Below are positions 9,436 to 17,206 of a DNA stretch of 64,000 bases, one piece after another; the first letter of the stretch is position 1; each line of letters starts with the position of its first letter. The position numbers and the translations under genes were made by a program. The notes under the pieces are model-generated. The model saw only the letters and a list, made by a program, of their open reading frames with translations. It had not been told where the DNA came from and did no database searches. The stretch spans positions 16,261 to 80,260 of the forward strand of contig JAHCJQ010000002.1 of assembly GCA_026126215.1 (NCBI GenBank), given 5' to 3'. Source of the DNA: Alphaproteobacteria bacterium (GTDB taxonomy: Bacteria > Pseudomonadota > Alphaproteobacteria > Ferrovibrionales > Ferrovibrionaceae).

Positions 9436-11916
9436 ATGCGACGCCTGACCCGCATCCTCCTGACGCTCACCGCCATAGTGCTGTTCCTCGGCGTGCTTGG
9501 CCTGGGCGGAGTGCTTGCGGCATTCTGGCATTTCAGCCGCGGCCTGCCCGAGTTCCAGCAGCTTGCCGAGTATGAACCGCCGATTACGACCCGCGTGCAT
9601 GCCGGCGACGGGCGCCTGATTGCGGAGTATGCCCGGGAGCGGCGGCTGTTCATGCCGATCGAGGCAATCCCGCAAATCGTGATCGACGCTTTCGTCTCGG
9701 CGGAAGACAAGCGGTTCTTCAGCCATGCCGGCGTCGATTTCCTGGGCGTGGCGCGCGCCCTGGTCGCCAATCTTCAGAGCATTGGCCAGAACCGCCGCCC
9801 CGAGGGCGCATCCTCGATCACCCAGCAGGTCGCCAAGAACTTCCTGTTGAGCAACGAACTCTCCTACGAACGCAAGATCAAGGAAGCGATCCTTGCCTTT
9901 CGCATCGAGCGCGCCTTCACCAAGGAAAAGATCCTCGAACTCTATCTGAACGAGATCTATCTGGGAGCGGGGGCCTACGGCGTGGCGGCGGCGGCGCTCA
10001 ATTACTACGGCAAGTCGCTGGACGAACTGGAGATCGACGAGGCCGCCTACCTCGCCGCGCTGCCCAAGGCACCCAACAACTATCACCCGGTGCGCTTCCC
10101 AAAGGCAGCCAAGACGCGGCGCGATTATGTGCTGGAGCGCATGGCCGAGGATGGTGTCATCACCATGGCTCAGGCCGTGGAGTTACAGCAGCGGCCGATC
10201 CGCATCCGCGACCGGCGCGACAGCCAGGTGGCGCGCTCGGACTGGTTCGCCGAGGAGGTCCGGAGGGAGATCGCGGCGCGGTTCGGCGAGCGCGCGCTCT
10301 ACGATGGCGGGCTCAGCGTGCGCGCCACCATGAATCCGAGGCTCCAGGAGATCGGGGAGCGCACGCTGCGCAGGGGCCTGCTTGCCTATGACAGGCGTCA
10401 TGGCTGGCGCAAGCCCCTCGGGCAGGTGGAGACCGGCCCGGGATGGGCGGAGCGGCTGCAGAAATTTCCGCCCGTGCCCGGCCTCGATCCCGGCTGGCGC
10501 ATCGCGCTCGTGCTGACCGCGGAGGGCGCGGCGGCCACCATCGGCTTCGCGGATGGTGCGCAGGGCCGGATCCCGCTTGCCGACATGGCATGGGCCCGCA
10601 CCTGGAAACCTGATCAGGAACTCGGCCCGCCGCTCAAGTCGGTGGGCGAAGCGCTGGCACCGGGCGATGTGGTCGCGGTGGAGGCGACCGATCGGCCTGG
10701 GCAGTTCGCGCTTCGTCAGATTCCGGACATCGGCGGCGGTCTGGTGGCCCTCGACCCTCACACGGGCCGCATCCTTGCCCTGGTTGGTGGCTGGGATTTC
10801 CAGGTGAGCCAGTTCAACCGCGCGACGCAGGCGCAGCGCCAGCCTGGTTCCGCCTTCAAGCCGTTCGTTTACGTGGCAGCACTTGAAAACGGCTTCACGC
10901 CGTCCAGCCTGGTGCTCGATGCTCCTTTCGTGCTTGACCAGGGACCGGACAAGGCGAAATGGAAACCCGGCAACTATTCCGGCGAATTCTACGGCCCGTC
11001 CACGCTGCGACTCGGCATCGAGAAATCGCGCAACCTGATGACCGTCCGGCTGGCGCAGTCGATCGGCATGGACAAGGTCGCCGATTATGCACGGCGCTTC
11101 GGAATTTATGACGCCCTGCCCGAGCAGCTTTCCATGTCGCTTGGGGCGGGGGAGACCACGCTGTTGCGCCTGACCACCGCCTACGCGGAGCTGGTCAATG
11201 GCGGCAAGCGAATTTCGCCAACCCTGATCGACCGGGTGCAGGATCGAAAAGGGCGCACGATCTTCCGCCACGATGAGCGGCCCTGCCCGAAATGCCAGGC
11301 CCGCGACGGCGCGGCGGCGGACAGCGAACCGGAGGTTCCTGACACGCGCGAGACCGTCCTCGATCCGGCGACGGCGTATCAGATGGTCTCCATGCTGCAA
11401 GGCGTCGTCGAGCGCGGGACCGGCGTGCGGATCCGCGAATTGCGACGACCGCTTGCGGGCAAGACCGGAACCTCGAATGAGTTTTTCGATACCTGGTTCA
11501 TTGGTTTCAGTCCTGATCTCGTGGTCGGCGTCTTCGTCGGCTTCGACACGCCGCGAACGATGGGCGACAAGGAATCGGGCTCGGCGGTTGCCGTGCCGAT
11601 TTTCCGCGATTTCATGGCCGAGGCGCTGGCGGAGAAGCCGGTCATCCCATTTCGCGTGCCGCCGGGCGTGCGCCTCGTGCGGATCGATCCCGCCTCGGGC
11701 CTGCCGGCAGAGCCGGGGCAGCGCAGTGCCATCCTTGAAGCGTTCCGCCCGGGCAGCGAGCCGCGCGGCCGCGGCGACGTGCTCGATGGTTCGGACGATG
11801 ACGGCGATGCGCCCGCGGCCGGCAGTGGCACCGGAGGCATCGGCCTTGCGCCGTTGCGCCCGCTCCCCTCGGGCAGCCAGTCCTCGCCCACCACTGGAAC
11901 CGGCGGGCTTTACTAG
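9436..11916 (+). CDS. mrcA: Penicillin-binding protein 1A (bifunctional glycosyltransferase/transpeptidase)
   Basis: GT51 motifs EDKRFFSHAGVD and RKIKEA; transpeptidase motifs SAFKP (SxxK), SRN and KTGTSNE. The start is moved to ATG 9436 (MRRLTRILLTLTAIVLF, membrane anchor). Confidence 0.9.
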   Translation: MRRLTRILLTLTAIVLFLGVLGLGGVLAAFWHFSRGLPEFQQLAEYEPPITTRVHAGDGRLIAEYARERRLFMPIEAIPQIVIDAFVSAEDKRFFSHAGVDFLGVARALVANLQSIGQNRRPEGASSITQQVAKNFLLSNELSYERKIKEAILAFRIERAFTKEKILELYLNEIYLGAGAYGVAAAALNYYGKSLDELEIDEAAYLAALPKAPNNYHPVRFPKAAKTRRDYVLERMAEDGVITMAQAVELQQRPIRIRDRRDSQVARSDWFAEEVRREIAARFGERALYDGGLSVRATMNPRLQEIGERTLRRGLLAYDRRHGWRKPLGQVETGPGWAERLQKFPPVPGLDPGWRIALVLTAEGAAATIGFADGAQGRIPLADMAWARTWKPDQELGPPLKSVGEALAPGDVVAVEATDRPGQFALRQIPDIGGGLVALDPHTGRILALVGGWDFQVSQFNRATQAQRQPGSAFKPFVYVAALENGFTPSSLVLDAPFVLDQGPDKAKWKPGNYSGEFYGPSTLRLGIEKSRNLMTVRLAQSIGMDKVADYARRFGIYDALPEQLSMSLGAGETTLLRLTTAYAELVNGGKRISPTLIDRVQDRKGRTIFRHDERPCPKCQARDGAAADSEPEVPDTRETVLDPATAYQMVSMLQGVVERGTGVRIRELRRPLAGKTGTSNEFFDTWFIGFSPDLVVGVFVGFDTPRTMGDKESGSAVAVPIFRDFMAEALAEKPVIPFRVPPGVRLVRIDPASGLPAEPGQRSAILEAFRPGSEPRGRGDVLDGSDDDGDAPAAGSGTGGIGLAPLRPLPSGSQSSPTTGTGGLY

Positions 11917-11962
11917 CGCGCCCACGATCACTATTTTCCCGGTTCCATTTCCGGAGTTGCCG

Positions 11963-13082
11963 ATGCGTGCCGAAATCGAATCCCTGGTCGCCGACATCAA
12001 GCAGTCGCTGGAACTGCTGAGGAGGCATCTTTGACTGGGATCATGCCCTGGTCCGACTGGACGAACTGAACGCCCGGGCCGAGGATCCCGGACTTTGGGA
12101 CGACGCCGAAGCGGCGCAGAAGCTGATGCGCGAGCGCACGCGGCTCGACACGGCGATTCAGGCGCAGCGCCGGATCGAACAGGAGCTTCAGGACAATATC
12201 GACCTCATCGCCATGGGCGAGGCGGAGGGCGACCAGTCCATCGTCGAGGAAGCGGAAAAGGCGCTGGCGCAACTCAAGCTGGAGGTGGACAAGCGCGAGC
12301 TTGAAACGCTGCTTTCCGGCGAGGCCGACGGCAACGATGCATTCCTGGAAATCCACGCGGGCGCCGGCGGAACCGAGAGCCAGGACTGGGCCAACATGCT
12401 GCTTCGCATGTATGTGCGCTGGGCAGAGAAGCGCGGCTACAAGGTCGAGTGGCTGGAGGAAAGCGAAGGCGAGGAAGCCGGTATCAAGTCGGCGACGATC
12501 AAGGTCTCGGGCCCGAATGCCTATGGTTGGCTCAAGACCGAAAGCGGCGTCCACCGCCTCGTCCGCATCTCGCCCTATGATTCAAACGCAAGGCGGCATA
12601 CCTCCTTCGCCTCGGCCGGCGCCTATCCCGTCGTGGACGAGACGATCAACGTCGAGATCAACGACAAGGACCTTCGGGTCGATACCTACCGCGCCTCCGG
12701 CGCCGGCGGCCAGCATGTCAATCGTACCGACAGCGCCGTGCGCATCACCCATCTGCCGACCGGGATCGTGGTGCAATGCCAGCAGGAGCGCTCGCAGCAC
12801 AAGAACCGGGCGTCAGCCATGAGCATGCTCAAGGCCCGCCTCTACGAGCTCGAGTTGCAGAAGCGCGAGGCCGAGAAGCAGGCCATGCACGATTCGAAGA
12901 CCGATATCGGCTGGGGGCACCAGATCCGCTCCTACGTTCTGCATCCCTACCAGATGGTGAAGGACCTGCGGACGAACGTGGAAACATCCGACACCCAGGG
13001 CGTGCTGGACGGGGATCTGGATGCATTCATGGCCGCCGCGCTGGCCCAGAGGGTCGGTCACCAGCGCGACAAAGCGAACTGA
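11963..13082 (+). CDS. prfB: Peptide chain release factor 2, expressed through a programmed +1 ribosomal frameshift at 12029-12035
   Basis: ORF0 [23 protein letters not shown] ends at TGA 12032-12034. The +1 frame continues [24 protein letters not shown]... into track ORF 12126..13082, which carries the GGQ motif (SGAGGQHVN) and [17 protein letters not shown]. Confidence 0.9.
12020..12035 (+). other. prfB recoding signal: internal SD-like AGGAGG, 3-nt spacer, CTT TGA C slippery/stop site
   Basis: The sequence reads AGGAGG CAT CTT TGA C. This is the same architecture as the classic E. coli prfB autoregulatory frameshift site. Confidence 0.9.
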
Positions 13083-13124
13083 GGGTAAACGGATGGGGCC
13101 TGCCCCGCTGGCGCGGCCGGCCGT

Positions 13125-14336
13125 TCAGTTCCGCCGTGCCTCGGAGAGTTCGCGGCCGCCGGGCAGGCCGGTGCCCAACGAGACTTTTTCCAGCGCCGCA
13201 TCATCGTTTGACAGAGTGAGCGCGATGCTCTTGCCCGCCTCGATGAAATTGAGCGGGTCCATCGGCGATTCCCGGTAGATCACTTCGTAATGCAGGTGCG
13301 GTCCCGTGCTGCGGCCGGACGAACCGACCGAGCCGATCAGGGTTCCGGCCGTCACCCGGTCGCCGGGTTTCACATGCAGGCGATGCAGATGCGCATAGCG
13401 GGTGCGCAATCCCAGGCCGTGATTGATCTCCACCAACCGGCCATAGGGACCGGCAAAGCCAGCCGAGGCGACCCGGCCGGGCCCGGTCGCATAGACCGGC
13501 GTGCCGTGCGGCGCCGAGACGTCGAGGCCGGTATGGAGTGCCGGCTTGCGGGTGAAAGGATCGGTGCGCTGACCAAAACCGCTGCTCACCTGCCCGACGC
13601 GGGTCGGCTCGGAAAGCGGCAGGCGCTGGAGCACTGCCTGCAGCCCGGCAATACGCATCAGCGACTGGTTGAGGCGCACCGCCGCCGCATCCTGCAGGCC
13701 ATTGGCGCTGAGGGAGGGCACGTAGGGGCCGCCCACGTTGGCGCGTACCTCATCGGCGGCGAGCAGCCGGTCCACATCGATGCCGATAAAGCCGATGGCC
13801 CGCTCCAACTCGTTCAGCGCCACTGTCGTACGCGTGTTGAGCTGATCGAAGATGCTGTCCGTCGAAGCAACGAATCCCTGGCCCATCTCGAGCCCGATGC
13901 GCCGGCTGCGCTCGACGCTTGCCAAGTTCTTCCTGAGAATCTGCGTACGCCGATCGGCGATGGTCAGCTTTTCGGAAAGCTCGTGATTATGCAGCGCGAG
14001 CTGCTGGATTTTCTCGTCGCGCGCGCTCACCTCGTCGCGCAGTCCCTGAACCTGACCCACCGTCCGCCCCAGTTCGCGCATGAGTGCATCGACCGCCACC
14101 GAAAGTTCGAGCACGCGCTGCTGTTCACTGACGCGGATTTTCTCGCTTTGCCAGAGCCCTACCGAGGATGCCGCCAGGGCGCCGCCGAACATGAGAAATG
14201 CGGCAAGTCCCGCCATTTGCAGGCCAGGCCGCAAACGGATCGTGCTGATCTGCTCGCCGGTACGAATCAGAATCTGCCTGTCGGGAAAAAGACGGCGCAG
14301 AAGACTGCGCTGACGCAGCTCGAAGGACCGGTTCAT
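13125..14336 (-). CDS. M23-family (LytM-type) metallopeptidase with N-terminal membrane anchor and coiled-coil region
   Basis: C-terminal LytM motifs HTGLDVSAPHGTPVYA and GSSGRSTGPHLHYEV. The start is placed at ATG 14336 (MNRSFELRQ...); the track start GTG 14417 is an alternative. Confidence 0.8.
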   Translation of the reverse strand: MNRSFELRQRSLLRRLFPDRQILIRTGEQISTIRLRPGLQMAGLAAFLMFGGALAASSVGLWQSEKIRVSEQQRVLELSVAVDALMRELGRTVGQVQGLRDEVSARDEKIQQLALHNHELSEKLTIADRRTQILRKNLASVERSRRIGLEMGQGFVASTDSIFDQLNTRTTVALNELERAIGFIGIDVDRLLAADEVRANVGGPYVPSLSANGLQDAAAVRLNQSLMRIAGLQAVLQRLPLSEPTRVGQVSSGFGQRTDPFTRKPALHTGLDVSAPHGTPVYATGPGRVASAGFAGPYGRLVEINHGLGLRTRYAHLHRLHVKPGDRVTAGTLIGSVGSSGRSTGPHLHYEVIYRESPMDPLNFIEAGKSIALTLSNDDAALEKVSLGTGLPGGRELSEARRN

Positions 14337-14605
14337 TGTCGCACCATTGTTCTCGTTGCTTCGGTCACGCACCCGGTTGCGTGCCGATCGTATGTCCGTC
14401 GGCGAATCGCCGGTCACCCAAGGCCTGCCTGCGGCGGCGCCGTGACCCCGACGGCGCTGGGCGCTCCGGCTCCCGCCTCCCCGATCGCATTGCAGCCGAA
14501 ACGGATAGCGAATTCAAGCCTTCAGTGTTCAACCGATGGTGAGGTGAATGGCAGGCGAAGATGCGCCATGGAGGTTGCCCTGATATCATGCGGGCGGGAG
14601 GCACG

Positions 14606-16039
14606 ATGACCCTGTTCAGCGAAACGGTGGAACTGCCACTTTGGCTTGTCCTGCTGACCGGCGTACTGGCGGCACTTGCCTTCATCGACCGCCTGTTCGT
14701 TCCTTCGGTGCGCTGGATGTTGCGCCGGCGCGTCAACGAGGCAATCGAAGAGCTGAATACGCGGCTCAAGCTGCGAATTTCGCCGTTCAAGCTGACCAAG
14801 CGCCAGGTGCTGATCGAGCGTCTGACCTTCGACCGCAAGGTCCTCGCGGCGGTCGATGCGCTGGCGCAGGAGCGCGAGGTGCCGCGCGATGTGGTGCTGG
14901 CGGAGGCGGAAGCCTATGCGCGCGAGATCGTTCCCGCCTTCAACGCGTATTTCTACTATCGGATCGGCTACTGGCTGGCGCGGCGGGTGGCGCGACTGCT
15001 CTATCGCGTGCGGCTCGGCTTCGCCGACGACGAGGGCCTTGCGGCGGTGGCGCCGGAATCCACCGTAGTCTTCGTGATGAACCATCGCTCGAACATGGAC
15101 TACGTACTGGTCGGCTATCTGGCGGCGGATCGCTCGACCCTGTCCTATGCGGTCGGCGAATGGGCGCGCATCTGGCCGCTGCAGACCCTGATCCGCGCCA
15201 TGGGCGCGTACTTCGTGCGCCGTAACTCACGCAATCCTCTCTATCGTCGCGTGCTGGAGCGCTATGTGTTCATGGCGACCAAGAACGGCGTGACCCAGGC
15301 CATCTATCCCGAGGGCGGCCTGAGCCGCGACGGACGGCTCGGCGCGCCCAAACTCGGGCTTTTCGACTATATGGTGAAGCGTTTCGATCCGCGCGGCGAA
15401 CACGATATCGTTTTTGTTCCGGTCGGCATCAATTACGACCGCGTGCTCGAGGACCGCAGCCTGCTCCTCCGTCTCGATCCGGCGGCAACGCGGCGCGGGG
15501 TCTGGCATGCGCTCCGGGTCACGCTCGGATTCGTGGCGCGCCATCTCTGGCTCATGGTCATCGGCCGCTGGCATCGTTTCGGCTATGCCTGCGTCAATTT
15601 CGGCTCGCCGATCTCGCTCAGGGACTGGCTTGCCGGCAACGGCGAGGACCTGCGCGGCCTGCCGCGCGAGGCGCGTTTTGCTCGGGTAGAGGCGCTGGCC
15701 AGGCATCTGATGGGTGCGGTCGGCGCGGTCGTCCCGGTCCTGCCCGTGCCGCTGGTGGCAAGCGTGCTGCTGGAGGCGGGGGAGATGGGCTTGAGCGAAC
15801 TGGAGCTCAAGTCTGCGGTGCTGCGCCTCATGCGGGCGCTGGAGCGCACCGGTGCCAAGGTCTACCTGCCGCGCCAGGACGAGGATTATGCGGTCACTGC
15901 CGGATTACGGATGCTGGTGGAGCGGCGGCTGGTCAGCGCCGGTGACGGACGGCTGCGCGTGGCGCCAGGCGAAGAAGCGGCCGTGCGCTATTACGCCAAC
16001 TCCATCGCGCACCTTTTGCCACAATCCGTGCCGGCATGA
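14606..16039 (+). CDS. PlsB-like glycerol-3-phosphate/lysophospholipid acyltransferase (short form)
   Basis: HX4D acyltransferase motif VMNHRSNMDY, then GAYFVRR and YPEGGLSRDG blocks that align by eye with E. coli PlsB. There is an N-terminal TM helix. ATG 14606 is preceded by GGGAGG. Confidence 0.75.
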   Translation: MTLFSETVELPLWLVLLTGVLAALAFIDRLFVPSVRWMLRRRVNEAIEELNTRLKLRISPFKLTKRQVLIERLTFDRKVLAAVDALAQEREVPRDVVLAEAEAYAREIVPAFNAYFYYRIGYWLARRVARLLYRVRLGFADDEGLAAVAPESTVVFVMNHRSNMDYVLVGYLAADRSTLSYAVGEWARIWPLQTLIRAMGAYFVRRNSRNPLYRRVLERYVFMATKNGVTQAIYPEGGLSRDGRLGAPKLGLFDYMVKRFDPRGEHDIVFVPVGINYDRVLEDRSLLLRLDPAATRRGVWHALRVTLGFVARHLWLMVIGRWHRFGYACVNFGSPISLRDWLAGNGEDLRGLPREARFARVEALARHLMGAVGAVVPVLPVPLVASVLLEAGEMGLSELELKSAVLRLMRALERTGAKVYLPRQDEDYAVTAGLRMLVERRLVSAGDGRLRVAPGEEAAVRYYANSIAHLLPQSVPA

Positions 16040-16743
16040 GCGGCCCGGCGTGCGGCGCGCGACCAGAGCGCGACCTCGTGATTCTGGTGCATGGGCTTTC
16101 GCGCACCCGGCATTCCATGCGCCATTTGCGGCGGGCGGCCGAGGCCGCCGGCTTCGCGACACAGTGTTGGGCCTATCCGAGCCGGCGCCATGGCGTGCGC
16201 GAACTGGTCCAGTCCTTCCGGCGGTATCTGCTGCGGCTTGGCCCGCGCGGCGGCCGCGTGCACTTCATCGGCCATTCGCTCGGCGCGATCCTGATCCGGG
16301 CCGCGTTGCTCGAGCCGGTGCCGTTCCGCATCGGGCGCATCGTCATGCTGGCCCCGCCCAACCGCGGCGTCGGCCTGGTCGAGCGGCTTTCGCATCTGGC
16401 CTTCCTGCAGCGCATCTTCGGTCGGCCGAGTGCGGAACTCGGTCCCGGCTCGCGGTTCCTGAGGCGGCTTGGCACACCGGCCGCCGAGATCGGGGTCATC
16501 GCCGGAAGCCGCCGTTTCCATCCCTGCAATCCGACATCCTGGCTCAATCTCGCGCTCAATCCGGCGGCGGAGACCGACGGGACCGTGGAACTGGCCAGCA
16601 CGAAACTGCCAGGCATGCGCGATTTCCTCGTCGTCGATGCCAATCACAGTTTCATCATCGCCGATGACGAGGCAATCGAAGCCGCGATCGCCTTCCTCCA
16701 CCGCGGCACGTTCCCGCGCCCGGCCGTTGCTAAAGCGACCTGA
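16036..16743 (+). CDS. Alpha/beta-fold hydrolase, lipase/esterase-like
   Basis: Nucleophile elbow GHSLG, with candidate triad Asp (ETDGTV) and His (ANHSF). Its ATG overlaps the stop of the upstream acyltransferase (ATGA at 16036-16039). Confidence 0.75.
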   Translation: MSGPACGARPERDLVILVHGLSRTRHSMRHLRRAAEAAGFATQCWAYPSRRHGVRELVQSFRRYLLRLGPRGGRVHFIGHSLGAILIRAALLEPVPFRIGRIVMLAPPNRGVGLVERLSHLAFLQRIFGRPSAELGPGSRFLRRLGTPAAEIGVIAGSRRFHPCNPTSWLNLALNPAAETDGTVELASTKLPGMRDFLVVDANHSFIIADDEAIEAAIAFLHRGTFPRPAVAKAT

Positions 16744-17200
16744 GCGCCGCCAGCACTTCTTCGGCGTGGCCCGGCACCTTGACCTTGCGCCAGATCTGCC
16801 GGAGCTTGCCCTGTCCGTCGATCAGGAAGGTGGAGCGGTCGATGCCCATGTACTTGCGTCCATACATGCTCTTCTCGATCCAGACGCCATAGGCTTCGCA
16901 GACCTTGCCATCCTCGTCCGAGGCGAGATCGACGCCGAGACCGTGCTTGGCCTTGAAACGGTCATGTGCGGCCACGCTGTCCTTCGAGCAGCCGATGACG
17001 CTGCAACCAAGTTTCGCAAACTCGTTCAGTTTTTCGGTGAACGCGATGGCCTCCTTCGTGCAGCCGGAGGTGTCGTCCTTCGGATAGAAGTAGAGCACGA
17101 CCGGCTTGCCCTTCAGCGCCTTGAGGGAGATTTTGCGGCCGCCGTCGCCGGGCAGGGTGAAATCGGGTGCCTTGTCTCCGACCTTCAGTTCTTTCGACAT
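16730..17200 (-). CDS. bcp: Thioredoxin-dependent thiol peroxidase (peroxiredoxin Bcp)
   Basis: MSKELKVGDKAPDFTLPGDGG...KPVVLYFYPKDDTSGCTKEA, containing the peroxidatic Cys motif. Confidence 0.9.
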   Translation of the reverse strand: MSKELKVGDKAPDFTLPGDGGRKISLKALKGKPVVLYFYPKDDTSGCTKEAIAFTEKLNEFAKLGCSVIGCSKDSVAAHDRFKAKHGLGVDLASDEDGKVCEAYGVWIEKSMYGRKYMGIDRSTFLIDGQGKLRQIWRKVKVPGHAEEVLAALRSL

Positions 17201-17206
17201 TTTCGC

